A stretch of 64,000 bases of DNA from the human T2T-CHM13v2.0 reference genome, Homo sapiens. The position numbers and the translations under genes were made by a program. The notes beneath the pieces are model-generated. The model was not told where the DNA came from. It saw nothing but the letters and a program-made list of their open reading frames with translations, and ran no database searches. The DNA lies in assembly GCF_009914755.1 (NCBI RefSeq), contig NC_060928.1, one strand, 5' to 3'. Of the stretch, positions 13,091-25,265 are shown piece after piece (position 1 is the stretch's first letter; each line of letters opens with the position of its first letter).

Positions 13091-14572
13091 CAATATGTAA
13101 TATGCATGTAGATAAAAATTGTAGGTAAAGTATTTAATTGTAATGACCTTGTTTAAAATTTAGAAAGAAGAAAAATTAAAGCCCTTACTTGAGGTCAATT
13201 GGGTAATATGCTTGAAAAGTTGGAAAAATATGCATTGCTTTGCACCAGATTTTTCACTTTGACGACAAAATTATAAAGATATACTTGAGTTTCCTAGCAA
13301 AGTTAGTTGCAACAAGGTTAATTAAAATATTCATAATATGGAAATAATAATCACATCTAATAGTTTAGCACATGTTAAATAAATGTGATGCATTTATTTA
13401 TATTTAGTTATTCAATGTTATGCTAGATAAACTGATTTTTAAGGAAAGATACACTGTAAGGTTTAAACATGTTTTCATACACTGTAAGGTTCAAACATGT
13501 TTTCAGGTAGCATGTTAACTTACTGCTGTATACATAGACTAAATTCTGTTAGGATATACAGCAGGCGATTATTATTGAAATAAATGGTTAATAAAAGAGT
13601 GTTTCTTCATATTTTATGTCTTTCAATTTCTATTATTTCTACAATGTAAATGATTTTTGTACATTGATCTTGATTTATTGAAATCAAAAAGTTATCTTAA
13701 ATGTAAAGAAGATAGCTAAGTAGGATTCTGTAACCAGGAGGCAAATTATAAAATCACTCATTTGGGTTCCTACTTATGTGCCTATTTTGGAAATAAATGA
13801 GCAGGAAACAGATTAAGAGGAGGATATCATCGTATTAGAATGTTATCACTACTTTGTTGGTTGTGTATATGCTTTTAGTGGAATAAGCAGTGTTGTTTTT
13901 CAGGTTTTTCCCAGGTCTACTAAGAGAAAAGATGTGCTCTAAACTAGTAATGCTCACTTATATCTATCAGACTTTTATAGATAGAATTCTAAAAGATTAC
14001 ATACAGAATTTCCTGAAAAAATAAATAACTATACAAATAAAGTGGGTGGATTTGTTGGTAACTTATGTAAAACAGTCTGGCTGATATATTTGGAACTGAT
14101 GAATAATCTGGTGCTGAACATAAAACCAGCACAGCAAGTAAACATGAGTACGTGGAATCAGAAAGGAATCTAGTATAGGTGAATAAAGTTCTAAGATCTT
14201 TATTTTCACAATACACCACACTTACATCATGAAGTACTGCATATCAAAAAAGAAAATATGATAGTATTTAAAGGACAAAACACCTTTACGTATGTTTAAG
14301 GCTGCATGTAATTTAAATTCAATAAGTTATTTTTTAAAGTCAGTTGAATGGTGCTGCTCAAAGAAAATGTTTTGAGCTATTCGTTTTCACTATATATTTT
14401 CCCCAGAATATACAATTTATATTTCCCATAAATATATGTCTGGTCAATATGGCCTTTTTAGGTTTTGATTCACATTTTAATTTTATCTTTGTTTTCTTAG
14501 CTATAACAGAATGCTCTTTCTATGCCTCTGTAACTTAAGGCATATACTGATACATGGAGCTGGTCATAATAT

Positions 14573-16068
14573 AGTCAGGCACCTTTTAATAACTGGAATA
14601 CACTGAGAAATATGTCAGTAGGGAATTTTATCATTATGCAAACCACATAGAGTGGACTCACACTAACCTAGATGCTATAGCCTAGTATACATCTAGGCTA
14701 TATGGTATAGCCTATTAACCCTAGGCTACAAACCTGTAGAGCATGTTATTGTACTGAATACTATAGGCAATTGTAACACAATGTATTTGTGTATCTAAAC
14801 ACATCAAAAGATAGTAAAGATAAATTGAAAATGCAGTGTAGATGATTTTTTAAAACTGTATAGGGCACTGGCTATGAATGGAGCTAGAAAGACTGAACGT
14901 TGCCCTTGGTGAGTCAGATTTTTCTGGGTGAGTGATAAGTGAGTGGTGAGTGCATGTGAAGACGTAGCACATTACTGTACACTATTGTAGATTTCATAAG
15001 CACTGTAGAGGTAGGTTACATTACATTTATTATTATTTTTCTTTCATAATGTAACTTTAGCTTACTATAACATTTTCACTTTATAAACTGAATTTTTAAT
15101 TTTTTTTGACTTTTTTTCTAATGGCACCACTTAAAACACAAATATGTTGTAAAACTGTACAAAAATATTTTCTTTCTTTATATACTTATCCTGTGAGTTT
15201 TTTTTCTATTTTTTAATATATTTTTAAACTGTTTTGGTTAAAATCTACGTCACAACACACATACTAGCCTAGGCCTCTACATGGTCAATATCATCAATAT
15301 CATTGTCTTTCACCTTCACATCTTGTCCCATTGGAAGGTCTTCAGGGACAATAACATACAGGGAGCATGAAGCTGTCATCTCCAATGATAACAATACCTT
15401 TTCTGGAATACCTGATGAAGAACGTGCCTGAGACCATCTTACAGTTAATCTTACAGTTAACTTTTTTAAAAAAACAATAGAGTGCACTCTAAAATAATGA
15501 TAAAAAGTATAGTACAGTAAATACATAAACTAGTTGCAGTCATTTATTACCATTATCAGGTATACTCAACCCTTCATATCTGTGGGTTCTGTGTCCGTGG
15601 ATTCAACCAACCATGGATGGAAAGTATTCTGTAGAAGGAAAAAAAAATCCACAAAGTCCAATAAGCAAAACTTGAATTTGCCATGCTCCAAGCACTACGT
15701 TAAATTCATAGGAATTAAGTGATGTATAAGCATTATATTAGGTATTACAAATAACTAGAGATGATTTAAAGTATACGGGAATATGTGTGTAGGCTATATG
15801 CAAATACTGGACGGATTTAGGTATAGGGAGTCCTTCATGTATACGAAGGGAGAACTGTATTATACACTGTATATATTTGTATGTGCTCTACTTTTATGCA
15901 ACTGGCAGCATCCCCACAAACATGTGAATAATGCATTTATGCTGCAAATTTTCAATGAGTATAACTTCACTAGGGTATAGGAACATTTCAGCTCCTTTAC
16001 ACTCTAATGGGAGCACTGTTGTGTATGTGGTCTGGCATTGACAGAAATGTTATGTGGTGTATGACTCT
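14573..16068 (-). mobile_element. Tigger3/GOLEM (Tigger3b-like) DNA transposon, interrupted by MER2B
   Basis: Left end AGTCAGGCACC...CTAGGCTATATGGTATAGCCTATT...CTAGGCTACAAACCTGTA; right end TAATGGGAGCACTGTTGTGTATGTGGTCTGG...GTATGACT is the reverse complement of the Tigger3b 5' end. Confidence 0.85.
15563..15857. mobile_element. MER2B (Tigger family) nested in Tigger3
   Basis: CCCTTCATATCTGTGGGTTCTGTGTCCGTGGATTCAACCAACC ... TAGAGATGATTTAAAGTATACGGGA ... GAAGGGAGAACTG, flanked by TA at 15561-62 and 15858-59. Confidence 0.85.
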
Positions 16069-16204
16069 AGCTAAAGGTACGTTATTTGGTGATATAGGGT
16101 CTGGCTACTGAGGAGTAATTTTAACATTAATTGAATATAAACTATCTCTTGTGCACCACAGGAAGTATGATTATTTTACTGTGTAATTTTAAATCCACAC
16201 ACTG

Positions 16205-16380
16205 TAAAGCAGGCTTTGTGAGCATGTGACACATACAGTCACAAGGGCCTCATGCTCAGAAGGATCCTACACTACATTTAATGCTCTGCTGTTGTTGTAC
16301 TGAAAGTTTTAATGATTTTTGAATAAAGGAATCCACATTCTCATTTTGCCTGACTCAAAAATTATATGCTCAATTTTGTG
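16205..16380 (+). mobile_element. MER91A (hAT-Tip100) element
   Basis: GGCTTTGTGAGCATGTGACACATACAGTCACAAGGGCCTCATGCTCAGAAGG ... TTTAATGCTCTGCTGT ... CATTCTCATTTTGC. Confidence 0.75.
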
Positions 16381-16499
16381 TAACAAAAAATCAATCAATA
16401 AATATAACTATACCTAGTCTTACTTTAGTAGCCATAATATTCTAACACATCAATTGATTCAATCCTGCCCTTTGGCATCCTTACTACTTCCCAAACTTA

Positions 16500-17010
16500 T
16501 GTTTTCCTATTATCTATTAATGCATAACAAACTGTCTCAAAACTTGGTAGCTTAACAAAAGTTCATTTCTTTTTATATCTCATGACATTTTGAGATGATC
16601 GAGGTGAGGAGACTGGCCAGGGTTTCCATGGCTGTGACTGGGATCATTTGGTGTTATTCAGCTGTTAGCTGAGAGGTCCAATATGGTGTCATTCACATAC
16701 CTGTCACCTTGATGAAGAGAGTAGAAAGCTGGGCTCAGCTGGGGTCCACTATCTTCCCATTCTGTCTTAGGACAGTCCCATGTAGTCCCCTGAGCAGGTG
16801 TATCAGACTTCTACAAGGCTTCCAAAGAATGTTACTGGAGACCGGAAGTGGAAGTTGCCAGTCTCTTAGTGCTTGAAAGGATATTGGTATAACAGAATTC
16901 CCATAGTACCCTATTATCGAAGTAGCCACAGAGCCCACACATATTTCAGAAAAGGGGTGATAGACACCATCTCCCCTGTCAAAGCATTTGCATCTTTCTT
17001 TAATCTGGTA
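16500..17010 (-). mobile_element. MLT1 (H/I/J-like) solo LTR
   Basis: GCATAACAAACTGTCTCAAAACTTGGTAGCTTAA, GCTGGGCTCAGCTGGG and GTGGAAGTTGCCAGTCTCTTA match antisense MLT1. Confidence 0.7.
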
Positions 17011-17119
17011 AACTAGTATTAGGGTAATATAGACAAACAGAATTTACTCTTAAACATAAATTACTTTGTCCACACCACTTTTAAAGACATAAGTGACTTT
17101 TAAGCCACTTATGTCATTT

Positions 17120-17240
17120 TATATACATATAGATACAGGCATAGACATAGATAAACAAAATAAATATATATAGATAGATGAACATAGATAAATATAATTA
17201 AATAAATATGGATATAAATAGATACACAATATGCATGTGT
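17120..17240. repeat. (TATAGA/ATAG)-like low-complexity tract
   Basis: ATATACATATAGATACAGGCATAGACATAGATA... Confidence 0.6.
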
Positions 17241-19460
17241 AATTGCCACATATTCCCTCACTAGATTGTATATACTATTGTAGCGATATTGGTTTTATTG
17301 TTCAGTATCTCATATCTGCATCCTCAGTTCTTATAAAGCTACATGGCACCAGTTTGGACTCTATATTCTGTTCTATATGTAATGTATAATGTGAGTTTCT
17401 ACAATAAAAACTGGTTTATTAATATATTCTACAATAAAAACTGGTTAGGTAGTATGGACATCACGGCCGTGCATCATGAAAGTCACAGGGCTTTACTCAT
17501 TGTTAATATTTGCACAAGTAGGTAATGGCAGCTGAGCACAAACTCCATGAACACAAGTGAATGCAATGAAGATTTCAACATGGTGCATGAATGCCATGCA
17601 CTGCGCATTCTCCCTCCTGTCTTTATTGCGCTGTCCCTGTCAATTTTTACCTTGTGTCTATTGTTACATATACAAGCACTCTTTACACTCCTTTTCATAA
17701 CACTGCCTTCACATTTTTAAAAAGATACATTTTGTGTAAAACATTTATTTGATAGAAATTTAATATATAAAACATTTAAAATTACTCATTATTTTATTAG
17801 ATATGTAAATGCTTTTGTACTTTGCTGTAGAGGTTTTGAGAGGCATGTTCTCACGTTACTTTTCCCTTATACATAGAATTTGAAATTGTACTAAATATGA
17901 TAAATATTGAAATGATTGCCAGTTGACTCCATAAAAGCAAGAAAGGGTTTTTTATAAGTAGAGCCTGATTGAAAACAATGTGCTTTAACTTGAATTTAAA
18001 TTTTTAAATTAATTATTTAATCTTCTATTTAGTAATTCTTCTAAGTAAAGAAAACAAATTATACTTTCTTTGTAAGTACTAGAAAAGTATAAAGCCAGGC
18101 CACTTTTGAGAAAAAATTAACAGATAAAGTGTGTTAGGTTATCACATATTTTTGCCAAAGGAGGTCGACTATTTAATAGAATTTTTCTAAAGTGTAATTT
18201 TAAATCACCTGACAAAATTTGCAATTTCTTAAAAACATATTTGGAGTTATATTTTTAAGTCACAATATAAAAAATAATAAATTTACATCCAGGAAGTTAA
18301 AAATAAAATTAAAATAAACAGAACATAATTTAAGGCATTTATGAATTTAATCTATGTAAAAGTAAAAGTATAAATAGAATAATATGATCTACTCTGTGAC
18401 TGCCAACAACAGAAATAAAAAAGCTCTTACTTTTTCATGTGCAAAAGTCTTATTACTTTTTAAAAATATAGGTGTATATTAAATGACGTATTACCTATAC
18501 AAACAATATAAATTCTTCAAAGATACAGGAATAAAATATGTTTATTTAACACAAGCTTTAATTCACATTATTTATTTTTTTCAAAATTAGGTTTTCAGTA
18601 TTCAGTGAGCCCTAATTATTATTCTGCATTGCTGCAAAACAAAACAAAACAAAACAAAAATCTCTAGTTATTTAAGTATTGTACTTTGCATGTTGATTAA
18701 CACAGGGAAGTGGACTGAAGTGTTACCATTAAAAATGATATTGAGAAAAGTAAATTGCCTCAATAGTTTCTATTAAACTTTTATAATAAATGTAAAACAG
18801 TAAACACTTTGCCAAAACTAAAGGTTTTAATGGAGGGTTGCATCTACTTAATTACTATTAAATAATGTCTTTGCCACGGAAATCAAATGTGCTTAATTAC
18901 CTGGTGTGGAAGTGGAACTCATCCTGAAAAAATAACTGAATTAAGTAAAAACAGTCATTTATTCTGTTTATTTTATTTAGAACTAAAACATTGCTTTTTT
19001 TACTAAAAATTATTTAATGTTCTAGATGAAAAATATAAACTAGTATGCTATTTAAAAAATTAACTATGAAATTTCCACCAAATAATGTAAGATACATAAT
19101 TTGAAAAATGGGGAATACTAATGTATCTTCATGGAAACAGTTTTTAGAAATAATATACCTGAGTCAAACACACTGAAGACTTTGAGAGTATGAATTAATG
19201 GAGTCAAACTAACTTGTCTTTTCTGCCCTAAAGTTTTTGACACCATTTTGCCATATTACACAAGTTGTTTAATTTCCAAAGTATGTAGCATACAAAAAGT
19301 CCATGTTAATAATTAAAAAGAAATGTGTGAGCAACAGGCATTATTATACAATATTTTATTAATCTATACAATTATTTGTTATGATTATTAGCTTATTTTT
19401 GAAATGAAAAATTAAACTTTTCTACTAGATTTAATTGCTTGTTAATATTAATATAATTAG

Positions 19461-19819
19461 TGTATTAGTCCATTTCCACGGTGCCACAAATAAATATCTA
19501 AGACTGAGTAATTTATAAAGAAAAGAAGTACTCACATTTCCACACAGCTGGGAAAGCCTCAGGAATCTTACAATCATGGTGGAAGGCAAAGGGGAAGCAA
19601 GCACCTTCTTCACAAGGTGGCAAGAGAGAGAGAAGAGCAGGGGAAACTGCCACTTATAAACCCATGTGATCTCATAACTCACTCACTATCATAACAGCGT
19701 AGGGGGACCACCCAAATGTTTCAATCAGTTTCCACCAGGTCCCTCTCTTGACACGTGGTGTTATGGGGATTACAATTCAAGATGAGATTTGGGTGGGAAC
19801 ACAAAGCCTAACTGTATCA
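19461..19819 (-). mobile_element. MSTA/MSTB-like MaLR solo LTR
   Basis: TGTATTAGTCCATTT ... CTTACAATCATGGTGGAAGGCAAAGGGGAAGCAAG ... GATGAGATTTGGGTGGGAACACAAAGCCTAACTGTATCA; 5-bp TSD ATTAG/ATTAA. Confidence 0.9.
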
Positions 19820-21369
19820 ATTAATAAATGATACATCTTAGATTAAACACATATTCAGCTAATTGCCTCCAATGCCTGATCACATCGTATAGTAGGGCAC
19901 TATGCTATACATAGTAGATAAATATTGGTACATTGTTCCAGTGGGCAGTGTCAATAATATATATTGTAATATAGTCTCCCAAATTTGTACCTAGGTCCTG
20001 AATGTCAATTCCTCTTAATGTTTTGATCAACTAATTAAAACTGTAGTGACCAGAAGATAATTTATTTCTTAAATAATATTTTGAATGTTGTGCTGTTTAC
20101 TAGTTTTCCATTTTGCTAGGTTATTCAACAACCATACATTAAGCACCTCCTTCCTATGAACTACAAACAGCTTGGAGAGGGAAATGTGAATTAATCTTTC
20201 TGATGGCCACAATATACTCAGAGTTTATTAAAGAAAATTGAAATACAAATAAAGTTACATAATACCTTACTGTTTTACATTTATTTTAATTATATAGAGA
20301 TTGTATGATCAAAATGAAAATGGTATATATAAATGTTACCCAAAATAATGCATATAATAGTCTTTTGAATATTCTCCAAAACTCTGTGTTTGATTTACAT
20401 TTGTTATTTGTGAAGTGTTTGGAAAGGCACCTTCCAGATTAAGATGAATACTATCTATAAATTTCATCACTCAGGGAAAGACAGAACAGATGTAAAACGG
20501 AACAATAAACTTATTGTCTAGGTTTGACTGCTGGGAGTGAAAACTGTTCTCTATCACATAAAAAGACTGAAAATCTAAACTTCAAATTTTGGTGTGAGTC
20601 ATGGATATTGAGATCTAAGATGCTGACACTGGCAATTCCAAACTAAATGAATGAGATAAGCATTTTCACAGACGTCAATAGCGAGAAATGAGAGCATGGA
20701 GAGCAAGGAGACTCCCCAACTCTGAATCACCTTGAGGAGGCTATAGAAATTCTTAAATAGGCTGAAGAATGAACCCATAATTAGAGAGGATTCCCTTCCT
20801 CTTTGTCCATGGATATCTACAGAATCAAATCAAAATGTCTTCCTGGGCCATTAGAGTTCCCTTGATTGAAAATGGCACATTGATGAATTGAAGCAGAAAG
20901 AGAAACGGATATAGAGTCTCTGAGTCTCACTCCACTCTTCCACGATGAGAAAGGAATCCCATTGAAGGAGGCAAATTAATGTATAATTCACTGGGCTTGT
21001 CAAATTGTCATTGTGGTAAAAAAGAATGTGGCTCCAAGACAGACACTGCAACATGGGCTACTTGCGTCAATAATGAGACAGAGACAGCAATGAAGACTCA
21101 GATGTGCTGGCACAGATCAAAACTAAGACTCTCATTAATCAATCAGGAGGAAATTACTTGAATCTAACAATGCTGAGAAAACTGAGCACTGCACAAAATA
21201 CCATAGTTGTACCTTGAGTGGCAGATGTCGCCATAATGTCCAGTGGGCACTGAGATCAATAATCCCTCCTCATCACTGTAAATAAATGTAATACAGTACA
21301 ATAAAAATACATAATAACAATTTTTAACCTGATTTTTTCATTTATAACCCTTTGGTATTTTTAGGATAA

Positions 21370-21850
21370 TTGCTTGGTTACTGCTCCATTTTTAACATTT
21401 ATATACCCTGTATTTTACCAATTCCCTAATGGTTGCTTTATAGACTGTTTCTACTTTTTAACTGTTAAAAATACAGGTTGGATAATTGTGCATCCACTCT
21501 TGTAGACTTAACTAATTATTTCTTTTCAGAAGTCTTGTAAATAGAATGAATGTATCAAAGGTTTTCAGCATTTAAAATTTTTGAAATATTATACTGGTTT
21601 TCCTCCAGAGAAATTGTTACCAATTAGTATTACTGTAAGATGTATAAATGTTCCTGAGATATACCTTTAGGTGAAGATACGTTTTCATATATATATAATT
21701 TCACAATATATAAAACTTCTTATATGTGGATATGTTTATATAATATATGGGTGTATTTTTTGGCTACTGTATCATTTCTATGAATTGTCTATACATTCAT
21801 TTTTTTCCCCATTGGCGTGTATCTCGTATCCATGTTTTTCATTTGTATCA
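21370..21850 (-). mobile_element. Ancient L1M fragments
   Basis: TTTTACCAATTCCCTAATGGTTG...TAGACTGTTTCTAC, GTATCAAAGG, TCTATGAATTGTCTATACATTC resemble antisense L1ME. Confidence 0.5.
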
Positions 21851-24124
21851 TCTTGTATTAGACTTTTACAAACTAAATGTTAGTTCACTTAATCAGATTA
21901 GGTAATACTAAAATAAATAAATGAATAGATAGAGAAAAACTAGCTCTTGAAAAATATTTTGAGACAAAAGAGGATGTACTGTTGAAGAAATCTAAAAGCT
22001 AAACAGTGTGTCTACTTTTCTTATAAATCTGATTTTTATATGATTATCTGCAGTGTGCTCCATAGTTCTTTCCAGGGTGCATTACAGATAACTATCCTCT
22101 CAGAAATAAAAGTTATAGTTAATTAAAAAATGGCAGGTTTTCTTTCTCCAAAATTTGAAGGGAGAGAACTCATAGGACAGAGACTACCAACAAGAAGTAG
22201 GCTTACTCAAAAGACCACTGCTTTTGCCTAGTGACAGACAGATAATAACAATTTTGGTTGTATATGAGTAGTTTATTATTATATTAGAATACAAAATAAA
22301 ATTTCAAAAATGTAGGCATTAGGCCATTAAGATAGATTTATATTAGATTTACAGGGAACTTTTCCCTCATGGACACTGAGATTTTGTGGCAGAACTAAAG
22401 AACTGATGGAGCTTTTTCTATATATTGTAATTACTACTTCTGTGATGCTTTGAGGAATGTTAGAATAAATAATGAAAGAGGAGATAATACAATATTCGTT
22501 GTGAATTCCAAACAGCTAATACTCTGGAGTGCTTTCTCATCAATACATTGGTTTGAAAAATAATTAGATTTTTATCTGCTTAAAACTAAGGTTAAGAATA
22601 CAAAATTGCTAGTAATAATGTAAAATTACAAAAAGGTAATTTTAGGATCATAAGTGTAAGATATGGAAAATTCTACTAGTTTTTATGAAGATCAAATCAT
22701 TGTCTGTTACATTTTTTCAAAAAGTTATCTTCATGTATTCAAATAGAAAAATAATATTAATGATTTTAATTTGTATTCATCTAATGGCCTCTTGTAGAAT
22801 AAATTTTGAGAAGTGATATAATGAATTTAAATAATTCCCTTGGTGAATTTTTTAATTGCAGTTGAGCAGACAAAAACATCAAGGTCACTTTCCTTTTAAT
22901 TATATATATCTATGCATATGTGTGTGTGATTTGCAATGCAAATATAAGAAACTAAATAATGAAAAGACTTGGACTGTTGAAAATCATTAGAAGTTTAGTA
23001 AACCACAGGGACTGGAAGCTCAAAAGCAAATAGGATTTAGGATTTCTGGTAGAGAATTATCTTCTGATTAGATGATATTAAAAATTGAACATTTTAGGAA
23101 TGTTTAAAATCTGTTAGTGAAACATATCAATTGTCTAGTAGTTACCTAGGAGATAACCTTAGTTATATAAAACAGAGAGGAACAATTTTGCAGATGCTCA
23201 TAAGAACCTATATTTACTCTATTCCTGTTTATACCTTACTTGCTTATTCCTCACTTGCCAAATCAAAGCAAAACACCAATTTAAAAGTATTGAGAGGCAC
23301 ACACATCAATAACAATTCTTTCTAAAACTCAGGCAGGAGATGGAGACAAAATAAAATGTTAACCATTGAACTCAGAAGATGTAACAATTTAGAGAAATAT
23401 ATTGTAGGAAAAATAGAATTCAAGAGTAGAAATTCTTTCAGATTTCACCTTTAATTCTCAAATACTTGGAACATTGTAAGAATAAAAGTTAAAGTAAGAT
23501 ACCAATCTAAAGGCAGTAGTACTAGATACAGAAATTTTGAGTAACCCAAATTAATTGTGTGCAACCCGCTTTTAAATTCAAATATTTTAACATTTTTTAG
23601 TTTTTAATTATATCATTTATATTTTTCACCCTTTGGAACTTCTTCTTTGTGCTCTTTCGAGTAGGTTTGGAATAAGGCATTATGGGATTGCTCTTGTTTG
23701 AGATACATTTCCCAGGAAATGAGAGTCAATATTAGTGAGTTTATTGGGGAAGGGAGAGATGAAGCTTCGGATTGGAGACTTAAAAACAGGAGTTCTCTAG
23801 TTTATCATAATATCGGGGCTATTTTATCAAGATGCTAAGGTTTCTACCTACATATATTTTATTTTTAATCTCATAGTCTTAAATATTATGTATTTGATTC
23901 TTCTTATTTAAGTGACACATTTTTTCCTGTCTAAGCGAAAGTGCCTAGCATCATGTAAGACAATTGGTAGGGTTCAGGTCTCTCCATTAAAGATATGGCT
24001 AAAATAATACTTTCTGGGGTTAAAGCTCAGGGCAGTAACTGAGATTCATAAGTCTCTAAGCTATATCAATTTTTTAAAAATGATAGTACATATATTCCAA
24101 ATTTCATATGCATTGTTACTAAGA

Positions 24125-24382
24125 ATAGTATTAGCACAGTGGTTAAAAGCATAAACAGCAAATCCAGTGGGCTTGGACTAGAATCTCAGCTCTGCTTTAT
24201 TAGGTGAATGGCGTTGGTCAAGTAACTTTATGTCTGTGTACCTTGGTTCTCTTACCTATAAAATGCATAACTAGTATAGACCTCACAGGCTCATGCTGAG
24301 GATGAAATTAGTTAATACATGTGAAGTACTCAGATGGATCCCTTTCCCTATCATACTGGCTTTGTCAGTGTTAGCTGTTACC
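24125..24382 (+). mobile_element. MIR SINE, near full length
   Basis: TAGCACAGTGGTTAAAAGC ... GAATCTCAGCTCTGC ... TTGGTCAAGTAACTT ... GAGGATGAAATTAGTTAATACATGTGAAG ... TGTTAGCTGTTAC. Confidence 0.8.
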
Positions 24383-24654
24383 ATAAACTGTTCAATTTAA
24401 CTTTTCTGAAATATTCACTGACTTGTCAGGTTTATAAAATATTACTTTATACATTTAAGCTATTGAGTGACATCATTTACATAGCCAACTCTTTTATTAG
24501 CAAACTAATCTTTCTGAAATAACCTAAAAGCGATAATGATATGAGAAAGAAAAGTTGAGCTTTCCCCACAGCTGTTTTCATGATGTGCAATGAAAGATAT
24601 GTTAATTTTTGAGCAATTTATTTAAAAAATCCATGAAGGTGAGAATAATTTTAA

Positions 24655-24860
24655 AAGAAAAGCTATTTGAGCGTTTGTTTGCCAGACCCTTTGCTTTGCA
24701 ACTATTTAACCCTTACAACAAAGTTAGAGTTAAAATGAACTAATGAAGCACAGGAATAGCTCAGTTAACGTCTCAAGGTCGGTCAGATTATAACATTTCA
24801 AGTTCAGTAAGTGGAAGGAATCAGGATTTCAGCACAGGCAGCTGCATTCAAGGACTCACC
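24655..24860 (-). mobile_element. MIR SINE
   Basis: CTATTTGAGCG..TGCCAGAC, TTTAACCCTTACAAC, TCAAGGTC, AAGTGGAAGGAATCAGGATTTCAGCACAGGCAG. Confidence 0.55.
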
Positions 24861-25034
24861 CTACAAGAGTCTGGAGACTTGGCAAAAGTGACAAGGAATG
24901 TGACCCTAATTATGGAGACAGGAGATACAACAGAGAGATCATAAGTACCAAGACAGGAAAATCCCATGTGTTTTTCCAGAAACATAATTGACATAAATAC
25001 ATATTTAAAAGACTGAGTTTGGTAGGATTTTTTT

Positions 25035-25265
25035 CTTGTTTAAATTTGTGTCCTGCCACCAGTTAGCTTGAGACATTTTGTACAGGACTTAACATCTCAA
25101 AATTTCAGTTTTGGCTCCTGTAAAATAGGAAGAATACTTTGTCGATCAAAAGGTCATTTTATGGATCAAATATCGTAAAGCACAAAGTACAGTGTGGTGC
25201 ATATTACACAAGGAATGCTTAACATATGATTAGACATTAGCATTATTATTAGCTATTGTTTTTAT
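25035..25265 (+). mobile_element. MIR SINE
   Basis: CCTGCCACCAGTTAGCTTG ... ACTTAACATCTC ... TCAGTTTTGGCTCCTGTAAAATAGGAAGAATA ... GTAAAGCAC. Confidence 0.6.
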
